64,000 bases of DNA. Source: Deltaproteobacteria bacterium (GTDB taxonomy: Bacteria; Desulfobacterota; Dissulfuribacteria; Dissulfuribacterales; UBA3076). This document shows positions 32,845 to 42,748 of this stretch, in pieces (within the stretch, counting starts at the first letter, position 1; each line of letters begins with the position of its first letter). Below the pieces are notes generated by a model that saw nothing but the letters and a program-made list of their open reading frames with translations, searched no databases and was not told where the DNA came from. Location: positions 6,130 through 70,129 of the forward strand of contig PQXD01000008.1 in NCBI GenBank assembly GCA_003194485.1, written 5' to 3'. Position numbers and translations under genes: made by a program.

Positions 32845-35800
32845 ATGAATAAAGCGCGCATTATCAAAATTTTCATCTTTGTTTTGGCAGTTGCCGGTCT
32901 TCTGATGTTTTTCGTTCCATACGTTTTAAAGTTGGAACAGGTCCGTTCCAGGCTGACCTGTGAGATTGCCCGTCAACTGGACAGTGATATTGACATCAAA
33001 GAGGTTTCCTGGCACTGGTTTCTCTTTCCTCACTTAGCGTTTACTGATGCCCTGGTTTCCAACAAGCGGTCAGAGGCACGGCTTCCTGAGGTCCTGCTCT
33101 TTCCGGATTGGCCGGGTCTTTTTCGTGGCAAACCAGGAATAAGCCGGGTGGTTCTCGAAAATCCCGAAATCCACCTCAAGTCCCTGTCCGCGTCTGACAA
33201 AAAAGAAAGGCAAATACCATCCTTTCTTTCAGCCACAGTTGTCATAAAAAATGGTAGCCTTGATTTAGATACGGAAGGTGTTTTCCCGGGACTGCTCCAC
33301 CACACCGATCACCTCAATTTTTCAAATGTCGATGCCAAGGTAGATATAGAACCTGACAGAATTGATGCATCTCTAAAATGCATACCACCCTATGCCAAAA
33401 GCCTGGCGGCCAAAGGCCATTTCATGCCGTCAAAAGGCTCCTATGAATTAAGGGTGGACTGCCGGGAATTCAAACCGCACAAAATTCTTCTTGCTTCCAT
33501 GAAAAAGATTCCTGTTAAGCCATTAGACTCGGATGTAAACATAAAGGCTGCCATCACAGGAACCGGCCTTGACGATATAAAGGCCTCGGTAAAAGGGGAC
33601 TTTCCCTGTCTGAAAATCGAGTCACATGACAAGGAAATGCTGCTTTCATGCAGCTATACAGACCTGGATTTTGAAAAAAAAGGGCATCAACTTCACATGT
33701 CGGTAAATGCGTTGGAGCTTACTGATCCGAAGCTGAGCTTATCAGGAGTGATAGAAAGGCATCAGGCGGCTCTCACTGATGAGGCCCTCTGGCATATCGA
33801 CCTCAAGGCAAAAGAGGCGGATCTTTCAGGGATCAGAAGAAAAGTCATCGTCCTGTTCGGCGGGAACAGGACGGCCGACCTGATATGCAGCATAGTCCTG
33901 GGAGGAAATGCCAGAAAAGCGGCCTATTACTTTGAGGGAACTGTGCCAAGCTTTCGGAAACTTGAGGCCATGACCGTCACGGCCGACGTGGAAGGAGCGC
34001 AGATACACGTTCCAAACGTTGACCTGGATCTTGAAGAGGTCTCGGGCCAGATCGAGCTAAGGAACGGGATACTGACAGGGCAGAATCTTTCAGCCAGATT
34101 GGGCGATTCCCTGGGCAGCAACGGTTCTCTTGCATTGGGCCTTATCGGCGAAGACAAGGTCTTTAAATTGGATCTGGAGCTGGATGCAGACCTTTCAAAA
34201 CTTCCGGCCTTGTTGCACAAATTGGTGCGTCACCAAGGATTCAGGGATGAGTTGGCCAAATTCAGCAATGTCCAGGGCAGGACTTCAGGGCGTCTTATCC
34301 TGGGCGATAGGTTAAAAGATATTTCGGTGAGAGTGGAGGTATCAAGCATTGATGGAACGGCAAATTATCAGCGGATTTCCTGGCCCATCAAAATCGAGAA
34401 AGGCCGACTCAAGGTCCTGCCTGACGAAGTGAACTGGAGCAATATTCAGGGGATAGTCGGTCCTCATTCTATCCATGAAATAGAAGGGTCGGTCAGATGG
34501 AAAGATGAGGTTTTTCTCGACATCACAGGGCTTAATGCCTCTCTGGACTCGGGTCCTCTTTTTGCCGAGCTGAAACACTATCCCGGGCTGCAAGAAGTCT
34601 TCTCCAAAGTACTTCTCTCAATTGATGGTCCCCTGGAAGTAACGGACTCATGGCTTAGAGGGCCTGTGAAGAAACCCCGGGAATGGAAATACAGCATATC
34701 AGCCAGCACCAAAGGACTCAGCTTTCACAGCCCTTTGCTTCCCGGGCCATCCAGCATTGAACAGGCCTCTGTACAGGCTGGCCAGGAAAATGTCCGGATA
34801 TCCAGATGCAAGATGAGTCTTTCAGGCCAGAAACTGAATTTAAGCGGAGATCTCAGACACAGGAATTGGCAGGGCTGGCAGGGCTGGCTTGATCTAAGCG
34901 GGACTATAAGAGAAGGTGTTTCACAATGGGTAAAATCAAAGGCCTGGATACCCACCCCGTACTTTCCCAGGACCCCCTGTACTCTGGACCATTTAAAAGT
35001 TGCATGGGATTCGAAAGGGACGGATGTAAAGGGGGAAATAATCTCGGATACAGAAAACAAGAAGGCCGCAAAGGTAAAACTGGATATCGGTTCTTATCCA
35101 AAGGAGTTTTCCATAAGAGACCTTACTATTACTACTCCGGATGAGAAGGCCCATTTTTCTCTGAATCTGCAAAAGATTCCAAGGGAGAATTTACTGCTAA
35201 ATTGGAAAGGACACCTGGAAAGAAACACTCTGGACAAGATCCTGGAAAAGAACAATCTGCTATCGGGCTACATAAAGGGCTCATGCGACCTGAGATGTCT
35301 TTTGGAAGATCCAAGTTCTATCCGGCTTAAGGGTTCAATAGAGATGTCTGACCTCAACTGGTGCTGGGGAGTTGCAGAGCCGATAACTGTCAAATATGCC
35401 GGCCTGCACGGACATGACTCATGGACAGACATAGATAAACTCTCTTTAAAAATAAATGGCGAACCAGTGATATCCAGGGGGCGGGCCTCATTCTCAAAGC
35501 ATAATATTGATCTGGACCTGGATCTGACATCCGGTTCCCTTTCATGGGGAAATCTCTCCCGATTCCTTGATACATTCAGAGAAAAGCATCCTTCCACCGA
35601 CCTTGCGCCTATTCCCAAATCACCGGATTCTTCCCTTTCTCTTACGGGCAGGATTAACTTCGATCTGGACAGGTTTAAATACACGAGCGGTAAAGAAGCA
35701 CCCCTTCCTGATAAAAACAGAAAAGAGACTGACTTTGTCTGGCAGCCCCTCACAGGTCAGGTGAAATTCTTGCCTCAAGGAAAGATGTCCGTGTCCGTAT

Positions 35801-36516
35801 CTTCAGGAATTATTTGCGGTCTGAATACTGTCGGCTCCTGGTACTCAGGACCCGGCCACGGTCTGGCCAATCTGTCCATCTCTACAGATCATGAAAAAAA
35901 GTTACTCTTCCAGGAAGTGCTTTCATGCCTTGGTTTTGAGCAAGATATATTAGAGGGTCCCTTTGTCTTTAATGCAAACCTTGAAGGGACACCTGGCAAC
36001 TGGCAACGGGGCACGGTAGAACTCAATGCCACCAATGGCAGGATAAGACGCATGACGCTGCTCTCAAAGATATTCAGCGTACTTAATGTCATAGACCTTT
36101 TTTCCCAAAATGTACTCCCGGATCTTCTTACTGAAGGTTTTCCTTTTTCAAAAATGGATATTAAGTGCAACGTAAAGGACGACAACCTGATTATTGATCA
36201 TGCTATAATTAAAGGAAAAGGGTTAAACCTCTTTGGTAGCGGAAAAATTGATCTGGACGACATGGATTCAGACATGATTGTGATGGTAGCTCCACTGAAG
36301 ACCATAGATACCATTGTCTCGAAGGTACCTTTGCTGGGAAAGGCCGTTGGAGGAAAAGATGCGGCAATCGTAGCATTTCCGGTAAAAATCAAGGGACAGA
36401 TAGAAGACCCTGAGGTCACGGTCCTTTCACCTGATGCGGTGAGCGAGGCCATGATTGACCTGATCAAGAATACATTGATGCTGCCGTTTCGTATATTGAG
36501 CCCGATTTTTCCATAA
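32845..36516 (+). CDS. AsmA/YhdP-family large envelope protein
   Basis: 1223 aa. Single N-terminal TM anchor, long beta-rich body, and a C-terminal block (...GFPFSKMDIKCNVKDDNLIIDHAIIKGKGLNLFGSGKIDLDDMDSDMIVMVAPLKTID...PLLGKAVGG...VAFPVKIKGQIEDPEV) typical of AsmA-like C-termini. Confidence 0.7.
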   Translation: MNKARIIKIFIFVLAVAGLLMFFVPYVLKLEQVRSRLTCEIARQLDSDIDIKEVSWHWFLFPHLAFTDALVSNKRSEARLPEVLLFPDWPGLFRGKPGISRVVLENPEIHLKSLSASDKKERQIPSFLSATVVIKNGSLDLDTEGVFPGLLHHTDHLNFSNVDAKVDIEPDRIDASLKCIPPYAKSLAAKGHFMPSKGSYELRVDCREFKPHKILLASMKKIPVKPLDSDVNIKAAITGTGLDDIKASVKGDFPCLKIESHDKEMLLSCSYTDLDFEKKGHQLHMSVNALELTDPKLSLSGVIERHQAALTDEALWHIDLKAKEADLSGIRRKVIVLFGGNRTADLICSIVLGGNARKAAYYFEGTVPSFRKLEAMTVTADVEGAQIHVPNVDLDLEEVSGQIELRNGILTGQNLSARLGDSLGSNGSLALGLIGEDKVFKLDLELDADLSKLPALLHKLVRHQGFRDELAKFSNVQGRTSGRLILGDRLKDISVRVEVSSIDGTANYQRISWPIKIEKGRLKVLPDEVNWSNIQGIVGPHSIHEIEGSVRWKDEVFLDITGLNASLDSGPLFAELKHYPGLQEVFSKVLLSIDGPLEVTDSWLRGPVKKPREWKYSISASTKGLSFHSPLLPGPSSIEQASVQAGQENVRISRCKMSLSGQKLNLSGDLRHRNWQGWQGWLDLSGTIREGVSQWVKSKAWIPTPYFPRTPCTLDHLKVAWDSKGTDVKGEIISDTENKKAAKVKLDIGSYPKEFSIRDLTITTPDEKAHFSLNLQKIPRENLLLNWKGHLERNTLDKILEKNNLLSGYIKGSCDLRCLLEDPSSIRLKGSIEMSDLNWCWGVAEPITVKYAGLHGHDSWTDIDKLSLKINGEPVISRGRASFSKHNIDLDLDLTSGSLSWGNLSRFLDTFREKHPSTDLAPIPKSPDSSLSLTGRINFDLDRFKYTSGKEAPLPDKNRKETDFVWQPLTGQVKFLPQGKMSVSVSSGIICGLNTVGSWYSGPGHGLANLSISTDHEKKLLFQEVLSCLGFEQDILEGPFVFNANLEGTPGNWQRGTVELNATNGRIRRMTLLSKIFSVLNVIDLFSQNVLPDLLTEGFPFSKMDIKCNVKDDNLIIDHAIIKGKGLNLFGSGKIDLDDMDSDMIVMVAPLKTIDTIVSKVPLLGKAVGGKDAAIVAFPVKIKGQIEDPEVTVLSPDAVSEAMIDLIKNTLMLPFRILSPIFP

Positions 36517-36524
36517 GGAGACAC

Positions 36525-37049
36525 TTGCAGAGAAAGGCACGTTATATCCACATCTATACCGGGGACGGAAAGGGCAAGACTACCGCTGCTCTTGGGCTTG
36601 TCCTCCGGGCAGTTGGAGCAGGCTGGAGGGTATTGTTCGCCCAGTTTCTGAAACATGGCGAATATAATGAGATAAAGGCCCTTAAGAGACTGGGAGGCCA
36701 GGTCACAATACGTCAGTACGGCTCAGGCAGGTTCATAAGGGGTGGACCCTCCAGGGAAGAGATAAAAACGGCCCGGGCCGGACTCGGCGAAATAATACAG
36801 GTCATGAAAGAGGGGAAATATGATCTGATAGTACTTGATGAAATAAATGTGGCCGTTCATTTCGGGCTCATCCCGTTAGAAAGTGTAGTAGGCCTTTTGG
36901 AAACACGGCCTCAAGATGTAGAGCTCGTGCTTACCGGGAGATGGGCGCCTGAAGAAATAATGGAGCGAGCCGATCTGGTAACAGAAGCGCGAATGATAAA
37001 ACACTATTTCAGCAAGGGAGTGAGGGCAAGGGAGGGAATAGAAAAATGA
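36525..37049 (+). CDS. cobO: Cob(I)yrinic acid a,c-diamide adenosyltransferase (CobA/CobO/BtuR family)
   Basis: GYIHIYTGDGKGKTTAALGLVLRAVGAG, YDLIVLDEINVAVHFGL, and ELVLTGRWAPEEIMERADLVTE...KH. TTG start after AAGGAG. Confidence 0.85.
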   Translation: MQRKARYIHIYTGDGKGKTTAALGLVLRAVGAGWRVLFAQFLKHGEYNEIKALKRLGGQVTIRQYGSGRFIRGGPSREEIKTARAGLGEIIQVMKEGKYDLIVLDEINVAVHFGLIPLESVVGLLETRPQDVELVLTGRWAPEEIMERADLVTEARMIKHYFSKGVRAREGIEK

Positions 37050-37083
37050 GGGCGGAAAAGTATTAGTACTGTGGCAGCAGCGA

Positions 37084-37482
37084 GTAAATATTCTTATGAA
37101 CCCGTTATATTCTGCCTTGGAGCGGTTACCTTTTTCCGGGTTTCAAAGCTCACTCATTGCAGACCGGAGAGGCAGTGCAATCCGGCCCGCGATCGAAACC
37201 CTGCAAAAGGCAAACCGCTCCTGCGGCAGGGCACGGACGGCAACCGTTTACTGGAAGGGGATATTTCTTTGAACGGTTTAACGGAAGCCTCCGTAGTTTT
37301 CCTGGCTTTTGCTGTGGGGGAAACCCCGGCTCCTGAGCGCAGCGAAGGAGAACGGGGAGGGGGCAAGACTCCCCCATGTCAAAGGCCTTAAGAAAACAAG
37401 GGGCTGGAGTGTGAAGTGAAAAGAAATATCCCCTTCCAGTGAACGGTTTGCGGAATGGACCACGGGTTCACCGAATATTTAC
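37084..37482 (+). mobile_element. Type-A MITE, long composite form (399 bp), copy A5
   Basis: Variant left end GTAAATATTCTTATGAACCCG and standard right end. Perfect 8-bp direct repeat AGCAGCGA on both flanks. Inner module present. Confidence 0.85.
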
Positions 37483-37595
37483 AGCAGCGATTGTCAATGC
37501 CTCACTCCGCATGGCAGTTCAGAAATAATTTGCCTTGGAGCCTCTTGCAAAATCTCAAATTTTGGTCTCTGATGAGACTGTAAGGATATGATTTA

Positions 37596-39251
37596 ATGAA
37601 CATAAAAACAAAGTTCATTTTTATCACCGGAGGCGTTCTCTCATCTCTGGGCAAGGGCCTGGCAGCGGCTTCAATAGGGGCATTGCTTGAAGCCAGGGGG
37701 CTCCGGGTCACCTTTCAGAAGCTGGATCCGTACATAAACGTGGACCCCGGCACAATGAACCCTTTCCAGCACGGTGAAGTATTCGTGACAGACGATGGCG
37801 CTGAAACAGATCTGGACCTCGGGCATTACGAGCGTTACACACATGCAAAGCTGGGACAAAGGCACAATTATACTTCAGGGCGTATTTATTACAGTGTTAT
37901 CACAAAGGAAAGAAGGGGGGACTACCTTGGAGGTACGGTCCAGGTCATCCCTCACATAACTGACGAAATCAAGCAGGCGATTCTCCAACTGAATAGTGAG
38001 GCAGATATAGCCATTATAGAAATAGGAGGAACGGTAGGAGATATTGAAGGACTGCCGTTTCTTGAGGCTATCAGACAGTTAAGGGGCAACCTGGGAACGA
38101 AAAATACCCTTTATATACATCTGACCTATGTGCCCTATATTCAGGCAGCAGGTGAACTCAAAACAAAACCAACGCAACACAGCGTGAAAGAGCTGCTATC
38201 CATAGGTATTCAGCCGGATATATTGCTCTGCCGTACCCAGATCGATCTTTCACCGGATATTAAGTCCAAGATATCTTTATTTTGCAATGTAGAAGAAGAC
38301 CGGGTTATTGCAGCCAAGGACGTAAAGTGCATCTATGAAGTGCCGATGCGCTTTCACGAGCAGGGGCTGGATGAACGAATTGTCGAATCCCTTAATATGT
38401 GGACAAGGGCGCCCGTACTTACCCGGTGGGAGGACCTTATTGCCAGAATCAAGGAGCCACGGCACAAGGTGCGGATTGCCATGGTCGGCAAATATGTAAA
38501 CCTCAGGGAGTCCTATAAAAGCCTGAATGAGGCCCTGTTCCATGGAGGTATTGCAAACAGCTCTGAGATCGAAATAGACTTCGTGAACTCAGAAGAAACA
38601 AGGGGTGAAGAGCTGGCAAACCGGCTTTCAGGAGCCGATGGAATCTTGGTCCCAGGAGGGTTTGGCCCAAGGGGAATACTTGGAAAGCTCGAGGCCATTA
38701 CCTATGCCAGAGAAAACAAGGTACCCTTTTTCGGCATCTGTTTGGGTATGCAGTTGGCAGTCATTGAGTTTGCCCGGAATGCAGCAGGGCTGCCCTTGGC
38801 TGACAGCACTGAATTCGCCCCCATCACGCCTGACCCCGTAATCTACCTGATGAAGGAATGGTATGATTACCGTACAAAGAAAATTCAAAAAAGGGACGAG
38901 GACACCCAGAAGGGGGGCACCATGCGTCTTGGCGCGTATCCGTGCCAGTTGGCACCTGACAGCAAGGCCTATGCTGCCTATGAAACCGAGCGGATATCCG
39001 AAAGGCATCGGCACAGGTACGAGTTCAATAACTCCTATCGCAAGGCCCTCGGAGACGCTGGAATCAGGTTCACCGGGCTGAGTCCCAATGGAGAACTGGT
39101 GGAGATCATCGAAATTCCGCAGCATCCATGGTTCCTTGCCTGCCAATTCCATCCCGAGTTCAAATCCAGGCCGCTTGATCCCCATCCCCTGTTTGCGGCA
39201 TTTATAAATGCCGCACTTGCAAAAAAGCTGAAAGCCGAAAGCCAAGACTAA
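37596..39251 (+). CDS. pyrG: CTP synthase
   Basis: [46 protein letters not shown], and glutaminase GICLGMQ...HRHRYE. Confidence 0.95.
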   Translation: MNIKTKFIFITGGVLSSLGKGLAAASIGALLEARGLRVTFQKLDPYINVDPGTMNPFQHGEVFVTDDGAETDLDLGHYERYTHAKLGQRHNYTSGRIYYSVITKERRGDYLGGTVQVIPHITDEIKQAILQLNSEADIAIIEIGGTVGDIEGLPFLEAIRQLRGNLGTKNTLYIHLTYVPYIQAAGELKTKPTQHSVKELLSIGIQPDILLCRTQIDLSPDIKSKISLFCNVEEDRVIAAKDVKCIYEVPMRFHEQGLDERIVESLNMWTRAPVLTRWEDLIARIKEPRHKVRIAMVGKYVNLRESYKSLNEALFHGGIANSSEIEIDFVNSEETRGEELANRLSGADGILVPGGFGPRGILGKLEAITYARENKVPFFGICLGMQLAVIEFARNAAGLPLADSTEFAPITPDPVIYLMKEWYDYRTKKIQKRDEDTQKGGTMRLGAYPCQLAPDSKAYAAYETERISERHRHRYEFNNSYRKALGDAGIRFTGLSPNGELVEIIEIPQHPWFLACQFHPEFKSRPLDPHPLFAAFINAALAKKLKAESQD

Positions 39252-40087
39252 TGAGTACAGAAGGCATCCGGATACAAAACGTTCGTATAGCTGGAATCAG
39301 CGTCGGATCAGGACAGCCGCCCCTGCTCATTGCAGGACCATGCGTGCTGGAAGATATTGAAACCGCTCTTTCCATCGGGGCATTTATGGCCCGGGCCGCC
39401 ATGGATTGCGGGTTTTCTTATCTATTCAAGGCCTCCTTCGACAAGGCAAACAGGACATCCATAAGGTCATACAGGGGGCCGGGACTGGCTGAAGGCCTTG
39501 AGATGCTCTCAGTCATCAAGGAAAAACTGAATGTGCCGGTGATCTCGGATATCCACACAACCGACCAGGCAGAGACGGCCGCAACGGTCCTTGACTGCAT
39601 ACAGATACCGGCCTTTCTCTGCAGACAGACAGACCTCCTGGTAGCGGCAGCCCGAACCCTTCTCCCTGTCAACATCAAGAAGGGGCAGTTCATGGCCCCG
39701 TGGGATATGAGGCACGCGATCGCCAAGATAAAAGGGAGTGGGAATGACCAGGTCATTCTCACTGAAAGAGGGGCCTCTTTTGGCTACAACAACCTGGTGG
39801 TTGACATGCGTGGCCTGGCTATAATGAGCAGGCTCGGGGTTCCTGTTATCTTTGACGCCACACACAGTGTTCAGCTCCCCGGCGGCGGAGACGGATGCTC
39901 ATCAGGGCAGAGGGAATTCGTGTCCACTCTTGCCAGGGCTGCAATGGCAGCAGGAGTGGATGGAATCTTCCTGGAGGTCCATCCAAATCCGGACAGGGCC
40001 CTTTGTGACGGCCCAAACAGTCTCTCCCTTGAGGCTGCGGCAGACCTGCTGAAAGTCCTTTCCAGGATCAGGCAGGCGGTGGACTGA
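39251..40087 (+). CDS. kdsA: 3-deoxy-8-phosphooctulonate (KDO-8-P) synthase
   Basis: LLIAGPCVLE, FKASFDKANRTS, KKGQF and DATHSVQLPGG motifs. Start overlaps the pyrG stop. Confidence 0.92.
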   Translation: MSTEGIRIQNVRIAGISVGSGQPPLLIAGPCVLEDIETALSIGAFMARAAMDCGFSYLFKASFDKANRTSIRSYRGPGLAEGLEMLSVIKEKLNVPVISDIHTTDQAETAATVLDCIQIPAFLCRQTDLLVAAARTLLPVNIKKGQFMAPWDMRHAIAKIKGSGNDQVILTERGASFGYNNLVVDMRGLAIMSRLGVPVIFDATHSVQLPGGGDGCSSGQREFVSTLARAAMAAGVDGIFLEVHPNPDRALCDGPNSLSLEAAADLLKVLSRIRQAVD

Positions 40088-40629
40088 TGGCTCATATAGA
40101 TAAAGAACTGCTCATGACAAAGGCCCGCAATATTCGCCTTCTTGCGGTGGATGTTGACGGAGTGCTGACTGACGGAAGTATTGTATATACCTCTCAAGGA
40201 GAACAGGTGCAGAGCTTTCATGTACACGATGGTCTTGGCCTTAAGCTCCTTGATCTGGCGGGAATCCATGTAGCTATTCTCAGCTCCCGCTCTTCTCATG
40301 CCCTTGCTGTCAGGGCTGAAGAATTGGGAATAAAGCTGGTATATCAAGGACTGTCTGACAAAATAGAAGTATACGAGGAAATAAAGGAGAAACTGGGAAT
40401 AGATGATAAAGAGGTTGCTTATATGGGAGATGACTGGGTGGATCTTCCCCTTCTTCAGAAGGCAGGTCTTGCCGTGGTAGTTGCTGATGCTGCACAATCC
40501 ATGGAAGACTATGCTGATTATGTTACAAGACAGGCAGGGGGAAGGGGCGCAGTCAGAGAAGTCTGCGAGCTGATTCTCAAGGCACAAAACAAGAGAGGCA
40601 AGTTCCTGGACCATTACCTTAATTCCTGA
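40087..40629 (+). CDS. kdsC: KDO-8-P phosphatase (HAD-IIIA)
   Basis: IRLLAVDVDGVLTDG, FHVHDGLGLKLL, and YMGDDWVDLP. Confidence 0.88.
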   Translation: MAHIDKELLMTKARNIRLLAVDVDGVLTDGSIVYTSQGEQVQSFHVHDGLGLKLLDLAGIHVAILSSRSSHALAVRAEELGIKLVYQGLSDKIEVYEEIKEKLGIDDKEVAYMGDDWVDLPLLQKAGLAVVVADAAQSMEDYADYVTRQAGGRGAVREVCELILKAQNKRGKFLDHYLNS

Positions 40630-40654
40630 TGGTAAACATTTACACCGGTGTTTC

Positions 40655-41221
40655 ATGAAACTTGAGCAAAGATATCTTTTCTGGGTAATTGCCGGCGTCC
40701 TTTTCTTGATGGTTCTCTGGAGACCGTGGCGGCACACCAGGGGTACCGATGACCTGTGGACCACAGATCTCAAAGAAATGAAAGCCGATCTTACCTTTGA
40801 AGGTATTCGTTATACGAAAAATATAGGCGAAAAGATCCAGTGGATTCTGAATGCAGATGCAGCCCGGCTCTATGAGGGGAAAAACATCATGGACCTGGAG
40901 GGTATAAGAATAAAATTTTTCCCTGCTGGAGAAGGCCATGTTATTGTTGTTGCTGATTCAGGCACATACAGAACCGATAATGACGAAATGTCACTGAATG
41001 GCGATGTGAAAGTACGCCTTGAAGGCGGCCCCACGCTCTTTTCAGAAAGTATGCATTTCAGTCAGGAGAAAAAACTTATCTGGACCAGGGACAAGGTGCT
41101 CATTAAGGGAGACGGACTGGAAATGGAGGGCGAAGGACTTGAGTATGACCTTCAAGAATGCAAACTTACGCTAAGGAGACAGACGTCTGTCCTCCCGGAA
41201 AACGGCGAACTGGAACTTTAA
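40655..41221 (+). CDS. lptC: LPS export protein LptC
   Basis: 188 aa. N-terminal TM and OstA-like beta-jellyroll repeats. Position between kdsC and lptA. Confidence 0.75.
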   Translation: MKLEQRYLFWVIAGVLFLMVLWRPWRHTRGTDDLWTTDLKEMKADLTFEGIRYTKNIGEKIQWILNADAARLYEGKNIMDLEGIRIKFFPAGEGHVIVVADSGTYRTDNDEMSLNGDVKVRLEGGPTLFSESMHFSQEKKLIWTRDKVLIKGDGLEMEGEGLEYDLQECKLTLRRQTSVLPENGELEL

Positions 41222-41228
41222 GAGGAAT

Positions 41229-41307
41229 GTAACCGTTCACGGATTCAGTGTTTACTAACGAAAGAGAAGTACCCTGAACGGTAAACCCTGAACCTGTGAA
41301 CGCTTAC
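41229..41307. repeat. GTTCA-class inverted repeat in the lptC-lptA spacer
   Basis: GTAACCGTTCACGGATTCAGTGTTTAC ... GTAAACCCTGAACCTGTGAACGCTTAC. The arms are about 25 bp with a few mismatches. They begin with the same AACCGTTCAC(A/G)G as the inner-module IR of the long MITEs. Confidence 0.7.
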
Positions 41308-41369
41308 GAGGAATCATAATGAAATGTGAAAATTCCTGTATCTGCTGGAAAACGAAAAAAGCCGGAAAT

Positions 41370-41906
41370 ATGGCTTTAACTATCTGGTTTTGCATCCTTA
41401 TTTTTATGTATTTTCACTGTTTGATGGCTATAGCCCAGACAGGCATCTCAGACACCTCACTTACCGGTCCAGCGGATGAGGGCAGGCTCCCTATCCATAT
41501 AGAAAGTGACCTGATGGAGGCGATGGATCAGTCAGGGATCGTGATATTCACAGGACATGTGAAGGCAACCAGAGGTGATCTCACCATATATTCCGAAAAA
41601 CTCGATGTCTTTTACGAAAAGAAAAAACAGGATAAAGAACGAGAAGATAAGACAAAAAGGACTGTCGAAAAAATCGTGGCCACAGGCCGCGTACGTATAA
41701 TCCAGGGTGAGCGTGTTGCCACCGGAGAACAGGCTGTCTATGACAAACCTGCTGAAAAGATAACTATTACAGGTTCGGCCCAGGTCCTGGAAGGCCTTAA
41801 CCGGGTAAGTGGGGAACGGATAATCTTTTTTATTAATGAGGATCGAAGTGTAGCCGAAGGAAGCAATGAAACAAGGGTTGAGGCGGTTGTCTACCCGGCA
41901 GAATGA
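41370..41906 (+). CDS. lptA: LPS transport periplasmic protein LptA (OstA-like)
   Basis: Signal peptide MALTIWFCILIFMYFHCLMAIAQ, then IHIESDLMEA...VIFTGHVKATRGDLTIYSEKLDVFY...GRVRIIQGERVATGEQAVYD. The track start at 41319 is a possible alternative. Confidence 0.8.
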   Translation: MALTIWFCILIFMYFHCLMAIAQTGISDTSLTGPADEGRLPIHIESDLMEAMDQSGIVIFTGHVKATRGDLTIYSEKLDVFYEKKKQDKEREDKTKRTVEKIVATGRVRIIQGERVATGEQAVYDKPAEKITITGSAQVLEGLNRVSGERIIFFINEDRSVAEGSNETRVEAVVYPAE

Positions 41907-41997
41907 GATTTTTTGGCATCTTTCATTCACCGGTTTACACTTTTTTCGAAAAAGCTTGTATCATCAAATTAACCAAAATCATGACAGTTCAAAATAT

Positions 41998-42720
41998 ATG
42001 AGCAAGCTGAAGGCGGAGAAACTGATAAAGCGTTTTCGTGGCCGGCCAGCGGTCAATGGTGTAAGTATCGAGTTATCAGACCACAGCATAGTAGGTCTGC
42101 TGGGACCAAATGGCGCCGGTAAGACCACTATATTTTACATGATCGTCGGTCTAATCAGACCCGATGAAGGAAGGATTTCATTTGACGGGGAGGATGTAAC
42201 CAATTTACCCATGCACAAAAGGGCTCGCAAAGGCATTACCTATCTGCCCCAGGAGCCCTCGGTGTTCAGGAAGCTGTCAGTTGCCGACAATATCCGCCTT
42301 GTACTGGAAACAAAGGGGCTATCCCGCCGGGAAATAGAGAGCAAGACCATTGAGCTCTTAGATGACATGGGCCTATCCGTCCTCGCGGATCAACAGACCC
42401 AGTCACTTTCAGGGGGGGAGCGGAGACGGGTGGAAGTTATGCGGGCACTTGCTACCGACCCGGTATTTATTCTTCTTGACGAGCCCTTTGCAGGTGTTGA
42501 TCCACTGGCTGTCTCCGAACTGCAAGAGATAATAAAGGGCCTGAAGGCCAGGGGAATAGGAGTCTTCATTTCGGATCACAACGTCCGTGAAACCTTGACT
42601 GTATGTGATCGGGCATATATTGTTAATTCAGGAGTTATTAACGAAGAGGGTACCCCGGAACATATCGCCTCAAGCGATCTGGCAAGGACAATTTATTTGG
42701 GAAAAGACTTTAAACTATGA
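41998..42720 (+). CDS. lptB: LPS export ABC transporter ATPase LptB
   Basis: Walker A GPNGAGKTT, LSGGERRRVEVMRAL, and ILLDEPFAGVDP. The start is taken at MSKLKAEKL because the track start at 41866 overlaps lptA. Confidence 0.93.
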   Translation: MSKLKAEKLIKRFRGRPAVNGVSIELSDHSIVGLLGPNGAGKTTIFYMIVGLIRPDEGRISFDGEDVTNLPMHKRARKGITYLPQEPSVFRKLSVADNIRLVLETKGLSRREIESKTIELLDDMGLSVLADQQTQSLSGGERRRVEVMRALATDPVFILLDEPFAGVDPLAVSELQEIIKGLKARGIGVFISDHNVRETLTVCDRAYIVNSGVINEEGTPEHIASSDLARTIYLGKDFKL

Positions 42721-42748
42721 GCCACTTAAGGCTTCTTTGATAATCTTT

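Noticed and set aside
41866-42000. Upstream-extended starts in the ORF track for lptB (41866), rpoN (42605), pgk (52026), hpf (44326), nikR (31116), the kinase (31815), the nonahaem cytochrome (59971) and the hybrid kinase (59015).
   Set aside because: The extensions overlap the preceding gene or a MITE and add non-homologous residues. Internal Met codons coincide with the conserved family N-termini (for example MALELRQQLKLAQQL for RpoN and MIKYIDE for Pgk).
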